Below the pieces are notes generated by a model. That model saw only the letters and a program-made list of their open reading frames with translations, searched no databases and was not told the origin of the DNA. Source: Picochlorum sp. SENEW3 (taxonomy: Eukaryota). From it: a DNA stretch of 64,000 nucleotides. Of this stretch, positions 11,570-21,497 are shown one piece after another (positions within the stretch are counted from its first letter, which is position 1; each line of letters begins with the position of its first letter). Location: positions 62,001 through 126,000 of the forward strand of contig CP120458.1 of NCBI GenBank assembly GCA_034226945.1. The letters run 5' to 3'. Made by a program: the position numbers and the translations under genes.

Positions 11570-13822
11570 ATGGGCGTCTCAAAGTATCTGGAAGAGATAA
11601 GAAAGAAAGAAACTGACTTTCTGGTCGACCTTTACGGGTGTACATTGGGAACTCCTTGTCCCTATTTACAGAACTACTTTATTCAGGAAGAGAAAAAATT
11701 GCTATTCATTGGGCAAAAATTGCATTTTTTATCACACGAATCAAAAGGTTTACCCATGAATTACAACGATTACATGCAAAAGATTTTGACACACATTAAG
11801 AGCAATGAGTTTTCAATCATCGATGGCAAAGCCGGCTCTGGCAAGACAACTTTTTCTGAAGAGATAGCAAATCTGTTCATCTCCCAAGCGGATGAGTCGG
11901 ATGGTTTGTCAATCATAATGACAGCCTCTCCACATCTTGTGGAGGAACGTCTATTCGAATATCAAGATTTTAGGGGTCAAATGTGCCTTGGACCACTCGG
12001 CTACTTACGTCACCTTGCGATCAAATGTGAGAAAAAGAGGTTTGTATTCATTTTACATGAATTCAATCGAATTCCTCATTTTATATCAGTGTTTGGACGC
12101 GCCTTTGAATCAGCATTGCAAGTACATGGGCCCAACCAGATGCATGGTGAGCTTTATCAGAACGAGATGATACAGTTCAGTGTTGTATTGCCATCAAGCG
12201 CTGAAGATTTGTCGAAACAAAGAAAAGCCTTTCCGGAAAATTTGAGAATAATTCTGACAGGTAATAAAGTTGAAGATGGCTACAGAGCCTCAATCTTTGA
12301 CGTGATGCGGGACGACGCCTTATCAAATAATAGGCTTCTAATGTCTAAGATGAAGTTTTTGTACTTAGATCACAAGCCGGCGCCCAGTAAAAAACGAGAG
12401 AGAGATGGGTCATTTGTGGAAATTCCACCAACAGAATTCGTTCCATATAATGTGATTGAAAAGAATTTTCAGTCATTGATAAAAGCAAATCTAAAATCGG
12501 AAGACTCGGACAATGTCTTGACTGCAATGGAAGAATACCTCAAATCAGCCATGAAGAATCAGACAATGAAAATGGAAAATGTCATGCCAGCAAAAAGGAT
12601 TTCTCAGTACTTCATCTATTTGCGTGACAAACAGCCAGAGATTTATCATTCAGTCATGCAAAGGTTCAAATATAAACTAGTTGGTTCGGATTATGCGTAC
12701 CCTATAATGATAATCATATCAGAATCAAAAGAATCAGAAAAAATTTCAGACTTCACTGCTGGCCGAAATTTAGCCTCATGCACAGAATTTGAGGAGTTCC
12801 GAAAAACATTGGAGGAGGAGGAGAAAAACTCTTCGTCAAATCAATCTGAGGAGGTTTCTGGGATTGATTGGTTGAAATACATTCCATGTTTTCCCACCAA
12901 CCACCCTGATCCATTATTCAAGATTGAGGAGCACTTTCAAGCCGTTGGTCCCTCAAAAGTAATTTTTACATCAGAGGAAGCAAAGGCGCAGTTTCCTGAA
13001 GAGTTAAAGAGTAGACATCTTGGAGTGAAATGGTATACTATTGGCAGGAATGACCACGGTCTCATGGAATTTCTTAAACATGCAAAAGATCCCCTCGTTC
13101 TAATCGGTTTTGAGTTGATACCAGCAAATCCATTTGCAACAAATTTGCTTTTAGATGTCCTGCTTCCCTGGTTATTTCATCATGAGAAGAAAACCATACA
13201 AAAAAGCATCAAAATCCGTCATTATATTCAATATGATTCAGGAGCACAGAAAACTGACACTGTGTTGTGCGGAGCATGCAGGCGTGGATGGCATGATTTT
13301 GTCTGCCGCGTTCTTGTCCTGGCTGAAGTGTACAAGATGGACATCAATTGTGAAAATCTAGTCTCATGCATTAAGAATGTAGAGATAGTAGATTTTCTAA
13401 TTGAAAAGATAAGACAGGCAAAAGGTATACCTACCTACCTCAATGAATTGAATGTCTTTGAGAAGGCAGAAACATGCCAAGAGTTCCAGCCAACATACCT
13501 ACTAGCAGAGGCTTTTAAAACTGAAAAAAAAATCGAACGAAATGTAGACGCCGGTTCATTGATTCAGTGTGCAATTCAATTGATTGAGATGGCCTCTATT
13601 TTTGTGTCCTTTGATCAAAAGCATAGTTCAATGTTTTCAGAAATGGTCACACAGGCTTTGTCAATTTTTGACGAGGATATCAAGGACCGCACTCAGTTTG
13701 TATTAAAGGCTTTCACCACTGAGAAGGAGAAATGCGAAACTGCAGACAAGCTCTGTATGTGGGCGGAGAGAGTTAACAAGCAAGATATGTTGCAGATTAT
13801 ACACCAAGTATCTGACATATAA
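11570..13822 (+). CDS. McrB-like AAA+ NTPase (~750 aa) with an uncharacterised C-terminal region
   Basis: Intact intronless ORF. Walker A GKAGSGKT; KKRFVFILHEFNR..SVFG (McrB-type KKYVFIIDEINR..KVFG); FPENLRIILTGN (McrB-type PENxxIIGxMN); DALSNNRL (cf. DxALRRRF). Confidence 0.75.
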   Translation: MGVSKYLEEIRKKETDFLVDLYGCTLGTPCPYLQNYFIQEEKKLLFIGQKLHFLSHESKGLPMNYNDYMQKILTHIKSNEFSIIDGKAGSGKTTFSEEIANLFISQADESDGLSIIMTASPHLVEERLFEYQDFRGQMCLGPLGYLRHLAIKCEKKRFVFILHEFNRIPHFISVFGRAFESALQVHGPNQMHGELYQNEMIQFSVVLPSSAEDLSKQRKAFPENLRIILTGNKVEDGYRASIFDVMRDDALSNNRLLMSKMKFLYLDHKPAPSKKRERDGSFVEIPPTEFVPYNVIEKNFQSLIKANLKSEDSDNVLTAMEEYLKSAMKNQTMKMENVMPAKRISQYFIYLRDKQPEIYHSVMQRFKYKLVGSDYAYPIMIIISESKESEKISDFTAGRNLASCTEFEEFRKTLEEEEKNSSSNQSEEVSGIDWLKYIPCFPTNHPDPLFKIEEHFQAVGPSKVIFTSEEAKAQFPEELKSRHLGVKWYTIGRNDHGLMEFLKHAKDPLVLIGFELIPANPFATNLLLDVLLPWLFHHEKKTIQKSIKIRHYIQYDSGAQKTDTVLCGACRRGWHDFVCRVLVLAEVYKMDINCENLVSCIKNVEIVDFLIEKIRQAKGIPTYLNELNVFEKAETCQEFQPTYLLAEAFKTEKKIERNVDAGSLIQCAIQLIEMASIFVSFDQKHSSMFSEMVTQALSIFDEDIKDRTQFVLKAFTTEKEKCETADKLCMWAERVNKQDMLQIIHQVSDI

Positions 13823-14212
13823 TAATGCCCGTCATTGTATGACGAATGTCTTGAAACATACAAATGCAAGACAGAAGATTGCATTGTCATATTCTCCTGG
13901 AGCCCTGCTTTTGTGGTGTCCAACACCGTTTTCCTATTCAACCAAAATGGGGCGTGTGGTGGTGTGCGGTGCTGGTAATTTCAACAAAACGTTGATTCCA
14001 GACAGGTCTTGTAGTGTCGTGAATGCGTCCATCGAGGGTGGTCAGAGAACCTCCTCGATGTGCACTGAGCAAGACGTGTCCCAGCATGGACATCAAACAG
14101 GTGGTCCCATGAAATGAAACTATACTAGATTTATATATATATATATCACTTGTCAACGAACAGAATGTATCTCATCAAACCCCAGATGATGATAATTCGA
14201 ATATACCCAAAT

Positions 14213-15469
14213 GATATAGATTCTTCCAGCCTTGTGGCGAGAATGGTCACAACGCATGTGGAAAGCCAACAATGTTGCACCGCTGCAACTGAACCAAACT
14301 CTCCAGCTTACTATCTATCCTCACCTTGCACAAGCTCGTCAGGCGGCATAATAGTATTCAACGCTTCTTCCTCTTGATATGTACCAACAGTTTGCATCTG
14401 AGACAACAGTGCATTCAGCTTTTGTTCATGAGATGTCACAACATCTGCATCTCAGCCTTTCTTCCTCAGTTGGCTTCAGGGTGCTAATGATGTCACCAAG
14501 GTTTGATACTGACACGAGAGGCAGTCCTTTCGATGCTTTTTGATATGCATATATGTAGCAGAGAGCTACATGCCTGCAGGAGTGGATTCTAGGAAGATTC
14601 TAGAATGAAGAGATCCCAGAGTGTTCCTCTTGTGACAAGGAGAGATCTTGAATCACTGTTCGACTGTAGATGTTCCTAGTCAGAGTCCATACCAGGGGTT
14701 TCTGCAACACCCAACGACTGTTAGCAGGTTGCCATTTCAGGAATGGCAACTCTTTCATTGTTGGCGATGGTGGAGGGAAGCTTGGCTTTCGTTGTTTCAG
14801 CAGTGGCCCTGTCCCCATCACGTTGCTGCTCTGTCCCCACTACTGACGTCCCGTAGAAACCGCATATCTCAATGTGGTCGTGCAAGCCCCCCGATGCTTC
14901 GTCCATGGCTGGCTCGTCCACTCCAACTGCAGGGGTGTGGTCAACCGCTTCTGCCTCCTCTGCAACAAAGGATCCAAGCCCAAGGATGCACTGTTGCAGG
15001 TACCGGGTCTTCTCTTGCGATGCATCGATTGCATGTTGCGATGTGATCACCAAGGGCGAAGCCATCTCGACCCCCTTTTGGGCATGGGCCCTGTTCCTGG
15101 ACAACTCACCCTCTAGCTGTGCTACTTGAGCCAGCAGGGAGGCACACCTTGACCTCTCTTCTTCGTGCATTCCCTCCATCTTTCTGCTCTTCTCATACCA
15201 CACCTTGACGTCACTGTACAGGGCAGTGATGAGCTCCGGAAAATCTCAGGAAGGCTATTTTTGGCCAAAATTTGGCCATTTTCCAGTCTTGGGTACTTCC
15301 TGGGAGGCTCCTCTTCCCGAGGTTTGAAAAATTTTCTCGGCGGTGCCGCCTTGTTTGCGCGACATGTATCATTACTCACTATATCTACATCGATTTCTTG
15401 GGTATGATCCGAATACGCGCCATCGGTGTCGTCGAACTCTTCTCTGTATGGAAACAAGGACAATCGCAC
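14213..15469 (-). pseudogene. Decayed paralog of the 5729..6985 coiled-coil gene
   Basis: 14213..14550 is a diverged reverse-complement copy of ~6680..7020. Upstream broken ORFs 15122..15469 and 14721..15203 are also coiled-coil-like. Confidence 0.55.
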
Positions 15470-15708
15470 GTGCGTTTGAGCACTATTCGAACTGTCCTGA
15501 CATTGTCAGCCAAACGATTTAAAAAGTATTCAAACATACACTGTTGCAATACCATGTACAATAATAATATACACACTACATACTATCACTCCTTTTTTTC
15601 TATGTTCCTATTACATCAGGGGCCTCAAAAAAAGAGGCCCGCGAGAATGTTTTCCTGTATCTGTTTAAAAAAGCACCGGTCGCTTAAATACCCAACCGGC
15701 CAATAATA

Positions 15709-15976
15709 TGTAAGAGCGTGCACTGAACGTCCTGAGACTAATGATTAGGTTCGGTCGGCTGACGGTCCACACCGTAGTAGAGACTGCACTATGTTGGTAT
15801 CCTGGTAACACAGGCCTTGATTATAATGTGTTACACGATGGTATATGTAGTAGAATGGTAGATAATCTTATGAGTCCTCGAGTATAGACTCTGGTTCATG
15901 GTTATATTGTGTAATCTTCTTGGTAGATTGATTCCTTAATAAGAGAGTGCCTTGAGGCATCATCTGTGCTGTTACA
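15709..15976 (-). repeat. Gypsy-1 3' LTR
   Basis: Identical to 20936..21203. Confidence 0.97.
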
Positions 15977-15988
15977 GTTCTCCCCCAT

Positions 15989-18900
15989 TTAGTTGGATAC
16001 TCGTCTCGAGTATTGTTTGAGTAACTCGTGTACTTCGTCAACTCCATATCTGAGCTTTAATTCAACTTCGGGAACTGCTTCTTCTTGTGGTGACGATTCA
16101 TGGTACTTCACCTTGTAGATCTGGTTTTGATTCTCATCAGTAATGATGTCTGTGATTTCTCTGATCTTTGGATACGTAGTATTCTTTCTCACTGGGTGAT
16201 CATATCTCTGTAACCACTCCACATTGACAGTAGGGTGCATCTTCTTGACGTATTTATATTCGTCTTTCAATTCAATACTTTCCCAATTCAATCTTACTGC
16301 GTTAGAGCCAATCAACTCTGTAACAACTACAGGGCCAATGTATCTGGAAAACAGCTTTGCTTGCCCTGGTCCCAAGCGTTGTCTAAAGTTCTTTGTACTC
16401 ACATATACTTTATCTCCGACTTGAATATCATGGTCTCTTCTTCGAGCTCCAATGACTTCTTTTTGTCTTCGCTGAGCTTCTTCCAAATGTGCTTGCGCCA
16501 TTTGTATAGCTGATTGAATCCTCAATAATATTTCATTCACATCCTCTCTGTCTGATACCATTAATTGTGATGCGTTTGCAAATGGGTATACTGGATGTCT
16601 TCCATAATTCAAGAAGAATGGTGTAGTCTGAGTACTGGTACTCACTGCACTGTTCAATGCAAATTCCACCAATGGTAAGTATTTCTCCCAATCCTGAATA
16701 TTGTTCGCACAGTATGCTCTCAACATATCAATGATACTTCTGTTTGCTCTCTCAGTCTGTCCATCTGATTGTGGATGAAAGGCTGTAGTATGAGACAACT
16801 TTGTCCCAAACACGTCCATCATTGCATGATAGAATTCTCCAGTAAATGTAGATGCTCGATCAGTTATGATCCTTTTCGGCATTCCATGTAACTTGAATAT
16901 CGTATCGATAAACGCTTCTACTATTCTTTTAGTAGATAATCCCTCTTTCTGTATAGGTACTGTCCTGACCATCTTTGATAATCTGTCAACAAAAACCAGA
17001 ATGCTGTCATGCTTCGTTTCCTCATTCTTAGGAAATCCTGAAACCAAATCCATAGTAATTTCTTCCCATCTGTACTTTGGTGTGGGTAATGGTTGAGCCT
17101 TGCCATAAGGCTTCTGGTTAATATTCTTCGATTTACTGCATACTTCACAGTGTCGTACCACATCCTCAACGTCCTGTCTCATATTTGTCCAATAAAAGAA
17201 TGTTTGCATGGCTTGCAATAGCCTGTCTCTTCCAATATGTCCAAAAGCGTTATGTATTTCTGTAATTAACTCAGTCCTCAACTGCGATGTATTCTGTGAT
17301 ACTGCCAATATGACCTGAGGAAGCTTATTAGGCTGCACGATTCTGAGTAATCCATGTTCAAAGATGACTTGATCAGGGTCAATCTTATCATGTTGCTCCA
17401 GAACTCTGCTCCTAAAATCTCCATTCTTAGTCAATACATATTCTCGCAAATATTTTGTCCATGCTTGATCATCATACGTCGGCGTGACTTGACTTGCCAC
17501 GTTCTGCAATATGAAAGGAACGGCATTTGGATCTTCCAATGACACTCCAATACTGTGGCATAGTTCTGTTCTATACCAATCTGGTTCCATATCTTCAGCA
17601 AATTCTTGTTTGTCCATAATGTGCATAATTGTCACATCGATAAGCTTTCCATTTTCGAAAGTTTGTAAGGTATTCACTCTCTCCCCCATTCTAGAAAGAG
17701 CGTCCGCGACTCTGTTCTGTTTACCAGTAATGTAGGAAATAACCAAGCCTTGCCCATACTCAGCTAGTACTTCCAACCAACCCAGTTCTTTTCTACCAGG
17801 TGTCTTCAAGGTTCTCAAATGAGTAACTGCGCGGTTATCTGTATATAAAGTTACTCCACCTTTAGCTCCAAGTAAGTAATGTCGCCATTCTCGTAGCGCT
17901 GCGACCAATGCCAAAATTTCCTTTTCAAACACTTGATACTTTCGCTGTGTGTCTCCAAATTTCTTTGATAAGAACTCAATAGGCTGTAAACCTTTTCCAA
18001 AATCTTGCATAAGCACTGCTCCTAGTGCAACATCTGATGCATCTGTGTGCACCACATACAGCAATTTCGGATCTGCAATCCTCAATGTTGGTGCTGAAGT
18101 CAGCTTCAACTTGATGTTCTGAAATTCTCGATCACATTCGTCCGTCCAGACAAATGGTACGTCATCTTTAAGCAATTCTGACAAGTGACAAACTTGAGCG
18201 GAGTAATCCCTGATGAAACGACGATAGTAATTCGCCAATCCCAGAAATGATCGTAATGTAGGGATATTATGAGGCACTGGAAAGTTCTGTACAGCTTCTA
18301 TCTTCTTTGGGTTTACCCTGATACCGTCCGCTGTAACTATTTGTCCTAAGAATAACACTTCATCCTGAAAGAATGAGCACTTCTTCTCTTGCAAATACAA
18401 TTCATGTTCCTTCAATGTTTGGAAAATCCGATCCAGATGCTCTTTATGCTCTTTCCTTGTACGCGAAAATACTAATATATCGTCCAAATAAACGACAACA
18501 AATCCAGCGTCAATATGCTTACGTAGTATACTGTTCATATTCCGTTGAAATGCAGATGGTGCGTTTGTCAAACCAAACGGCAATACCTTCCATTGATAAC
18601 TTCCATCTGGCGTTCTGAAACTTGTCTTGTGTACGTCCTTGTCCTTAATTCTGAATTGCCAATAACCTGATGCTAGATCCAAGGACGAGAAGTATTTGGC
18701 TCCTCGTAGCCTCTTCAATAATGCCTGTATGTTCGGCAAGGGAAATTTGTCTTCCACTGTAATCTTGTTTAATGCTCGATAATCCACACACATGCGTAAT
18801 GATCCGTCTTTCTTCTTCACAAATAATACTTGGCTTCCATAAGGTGACTTTGAAGGTTCTATTAAACCTCTCTTCAATAATTCCTTGACTTCGTGATCCA

Positions 18901-19834
18901 ACTGGTCTTGTTCTTTAGGTGCCAGCAACCTCATTCTTGCACACGGGATCTTTGATCCTTCTTCCGTTCGTATTTCGACATCATATTTACCTCTGTATTT
19001 GGGTAGAGTCGTAGGTGTGCCATTAATAAAGAGACTCTGATATTTTCTCTTCAGGTCTTCCATTTCTCTCGCGACGTATCTGGTAGACGTCAATGTTTCT
19101 TCTGTTGCTGCTTCTTGCACAACACATAGATAGACTTCATCTTCTTTCTCATTCAGCCAATTCTCATATCCAGTTTCGATCTGTTCCATTGTAATCAGGT
19201 TGTTCAGGAATCCGTCGTGTGAGATATTCCGATCTCCAATTTGTATAACTCTGGCTTCTGGTTCGCCTTTCTTGTTCATTTTAGTATAACTCACTTCTGA
19301 GGGACTCACAACTTTCTCTTCACCTTGCTTGCATAACCAATCATAACCCAGGATAACATCATAGCTTTGCAAGTCAATAACCAACAACGATAACATCTCT
19401 CGCACATGCGGTGTGCCTCCATTTTTCCTGGCCTTTTGCTGCACCGTAGGTAACATAATTTCCACTGTAGCTTCCTGATTAACGGGTTCTTCTCCATGAA
19501 TACTAATAATCTTTGACGAACGTCGACTTTCCTTGACAACCAAATCAAGCAAATCCACCAGTCCTTTTGATATAAAGCTGCGACTTGCTCCTGTATCCAC
19601 TAAGATTCGGACGTCTGTTCCGTTAATCTTGCCCATAACAATTGGTAAATGACCTTGTTTTACTTGCTTTGCAGATGTGTTTTCGATTAACCTGTGTACC
19701 GCTTCATGATCTAACGCGTTGATAACTTCTTGCCAATCAAATTCCTCACCAGCTTGTTTCTGGGGACTCTGAGGTGTGTCATCACCTACTGGCTCATGGC
19801 AGAGGTCCCTTCGTCGTTTTCCTGATCCTCGATG
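15989..19834 (-). CDS. pol: Gypsy-1 Pol (protease, RT, RNase H, integrase, degenerate chromodomain-like tail)
   Basis: LVDTGAS, YLDD, TDAS, HHCC (HNAFGH..CEVC), D-D-E, RYIGP. The frame is open from 19834 and overlaps the end of gag in the -1 frame. Confidence 0.95.
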   Translation of the reverse strand, partial: HRGSGKRRRDLCHEPVGDDTPQSPQKQAGEEFDWQEVINALDHEAVHRLIENTSAKQVKQGHLPIVMGKINGTDVRILVDTGASRSFISKGLVDLLDLVVKESRRSSKIISIHGEEPVNQEATVEIMLPTVQQKARKNGGTPHVREMLSLLVIDLQSYDVILGYDWLCKQGEEKVVSPSEVSYTKMNKKGEPEARVIQIGDRNISHDGFLNNLITMEQIETGYENWLNEKEDEVYLCVVQEAATEETLTSTRYVAREMEDLKRKYQSLFINGTPTTLPKYRGKYDVEIRTEEGSKIPCARMRLLAPKEQDQLDHEVKELLKRGLIEPSKSPYGSQVLFVKKKDGSLRMCVDYRALNKITVEDKFPLPNIQALLKRLRGAKYFSSLDLASGYWQFRIKDKDVHKTSFRTPDGSYQWKVLPFGLTNAPSAFQRNMNSILRKHIDAGFVVVYLDDILVFSRTRKEHKEHLDRIFQTLKEHELYLQEKKCSFFQDEVLFLGQIVTADGIRVNPKKIEAVQNFPVPHNIPTLRSFLGLANYYRRFIRDYSAQVCHLSELLKDDVPFVWTDECDREFQNIKLKLTSAPTLRIADPKLLYVVHTDASDVALGAVLMQDFGKGLQPIEFLSKKFGDTQRKYQVFEKEILALVAALREWRHYLLGAKGGVTLYTDNRAVTHLRTLKTPGRKELGWLEVLAEYGQGLVISYITGKQNRVADALSRMGERVNTLQTFENGKLIDVTIMHIMDKQEFAEDMEPDWYRTELCHSIGVSLEDPNAVPFILQNVASQVTPTYDDQAWTKYLREYVLTKNGDFRSRVLEQHDKIDPDQVIFEHGLLRIVQPNKLPQVILAVSQNTSQLRTELITEIHNAFGHIGRDRLLQAMQTFFYWTNMRQDVEDVVRHCEVCSKSKNINQKPYGKAQPLPTPKYRWEEITMDLVSGFPKNEETKHDSILVFVDRLSKMVRTVPIQKEGLSTKRIVEAFIDTIFKLHGMPKRIITDRASTFTGEFYHAMMDVFGTKLSHTTAFHPQSDGQTERANRSIIDMLRAYCANNIQDWEKYLPLVEFALNSAVSTSTQTTPFFLNYGRHPVYPFANASQLMVSDREDVNEILLRIQSAIQMAQAHLEEAQRRQKEVIGARRRDHDIQVGDKVYVSTKNFRQRLGPGQAKLFSRYIGPVVVTELIGSNAVRLNWESIELKDEYKYVKKMHPTVNVEWLQRYDHPVRKNTTYPKIREITDIITDENQNQIYKVKYHESSPQEEAVPEVELKLRYGVDEVHELLKQYSRRVSN

Positions 19835-20802
19835 TTATTAAATCGGTGATTGTTACCTTTCTTCTTCTGATGATATTCTTCTTCGTTATCATCATGCTTG
19901 TTGTTGTTGTTCTTATTCTGATGATGAGGCTTTCCTTTCCATTTTCCTTTTCCTTTAAATCCATTCCGATTTCCTTGGTTATATCCATATTGATTATTGC
20001 GATTACCTTGATTAGAGTACCGCATAAGGTTGACTTGTTCGTTCGGACCTTGCGACCTTCCTTCTAAGGAGATGTGACTGTCCACTTCCCCAATCCTTGA
20101 TAGTAAATATTGCCTTAATTCCTGGTACATCTGTTCTGGTGTACTCGCAGAGAAGTCATAATTACGCTTCTGAAAGAATTTTCCAACATGCGGGTAAACC
20201 TTTCCATACAGCTTTGGTGTGAAAACTCCCAAATGCTTCTGTCCAATGATAGCTGAGCCACAATATCTAACCACACGGTCGTATGTTTGTTCGAACCGAT
20301 GGTAGAATGCTACAATTCCTTCATTAGCACCTTGTTTCATTGCTGAGTACTGTTGATACAGCATTGCGGCATAGCCAACCCCCATTTGGTCTCTGAGAAA
20401 TATCTCCTTGGCTTCTTCCCAAGTTACAAAGGATCCTGAATCCGTCCTGAGTAGCATACCAATCCGTGGAGGAACAGCATTAAGGAATAATTGCGTATAA
20501 ACCGTTTGAGTAGTCATTTCCTGTGGAAGTATGAATATTTGTGCTGCCAACAGATGTTCTACAGACAATAGCCATTCTGCCTGAGAGGTATGTGCTGGTT
20601 GTTTTTCCCAACGATATTCTCGAGTCAAAGTTGCTGCCAGTTCCTTATATTTAAAGGTCAATGCTGCCTGCTGTGAGGTCAGTGAGGATATTCCACCCAC
20701 TGGCACTGAGGGCTCTGAACCATTTTCCGAGTGAAAATCAGCGAATTCTTCACCATTTCCTTCTTCTTCTGCGCGCCTTCGCGCTGCTCTTGTTGTAGCC
20801 AT
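19786..20802 (-). CDS. gag: Gypsy-1 Gag
   Basis: 338-aa ORF upstream of pol; MKQGANEGIVAFYHRF retrotransposon gag motif; basic, Asn-rich C-terminus. Confidence 0.88.
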   Translation of the reverse strand: MATTRAARRRAEEEGNGEEFADFHSENGSEPSVPVGGISSLTSQQAALTFKYKELAATLTREYRWEKQPAHTSQAEWLLSVEHLLAAQIFILPQEMTTQTVYTQLFLNAVPPRIGMLLRTDSGSFVTWEEAKEIFLRDQMGVGYAAMLYQQYSAMKQGANEGIVAFYHRFEQTYDRVVRYCGSAIIGQKHLGVFTPKLYGKVYPHVGKFFQKRNYDFSASTPEQMYQELRQYLLSRIGEVDSHISLEGRSQGPNEQVNLMRYSNQGNRNNQYGYNQGNRNGFKGKGKWKGKPHHQNKNNNNKHDDNEEEYHQKKKGNNHRFNNIEDQENDEGTSAMSQ

Positions 20803-20935
20803 GTCAATTATTGCTGAGGTCTTGATGCAAAGAGGAGCTACCGCACTGTCCCAGTCCGCGTCACGTCAATACCGTGAGATCTCGATTCCTCACGCCAAAT
20901 CCACGGGATTTATACGAAATAGAGCTGAAACCACT

Positions 20936-21203
20936 TGTAAGAGCGTGCACTGAACGTCCTGAGACTAATGATTAGGTTCGGTCGGCTGACGGTCCACACC
21001 GTAGTAGAGACTGCACTATGTTGGTATCCTGGTAACACAGGCCTTGATTATAATGTGTTACACGATGGTATATGTAGTAGAATGGTAGATAATCTTATGA
21101 GTCCTCGAGTATAGACTCTGGTTCATGGTTATATTGTGTAATCTTCTTGGTAGATTGATTCCTTAATAAGAGAGTGCCTTGAGGCATCATCTGTGCTGTT
21201 ACA
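20936..21203 (-). repeat. Gypsy-1 5' LTR
   Basis: Identical to 15709..15976. Confidence 0.97.
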
Positions 21204-21497
21204 TAATAATAATCCCTAATCCCCCTGCGCAGGGCATGCCCGGTCCCCCGACCATTTGACGGTAAACCACTAGACCTTTTCAGGGGGTCTTAGATAATAG
21301 AAAAGAATCTGGATCTCTAGCTAGAGAAGATCTGTGGGGATTTCCCTGAGCCTGTAAACTATACCGTAGTGACGAAAAATATAGTTTCGATAAGTAAAAA
21401 AATCCAGAAGGTCGGATATTAATTCGATAATAATTAACTCATTTAATAATAGCAACAAATTGGTAAGTGGTTGACGCTAAGGCCCGCTACCGCTAAC

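Larger units (their letters stand above)
11341..15708. mobile_element. Non-autonomous TIR element carrying the McrB-like gene; right end split by Gypsy-1 and probably continuing to ~21225
   Basis: Inverted repeats TATTTTGGCCGGTCGGGTATTTTAAGCGACCGGTG (11341..11375) and CACCGGTCGCTTAAATACCCAACCGGCCAATAATA (15674..15708). The G-rich outer left flank is loosely mirrored by CCCTAATCCCC after the retroelement. Confidence 0.65.
15709..21203 (-). mobile_element. Intact Ty3/Gypsy LTR retrotransposon (Gypsy-1)
   Basis: Identical 268-bp TG..CA LTRs; 5-bp TSD TAATA (15704..15708, 21204..21208); PBS-like TGGTTTCAGC next to the 5' LTR; PPT AAATGGGGGAGAAC next to the 3' LTR; gag plus pol in PR-RT-RH-IN order. 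Confidence 0.97.
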
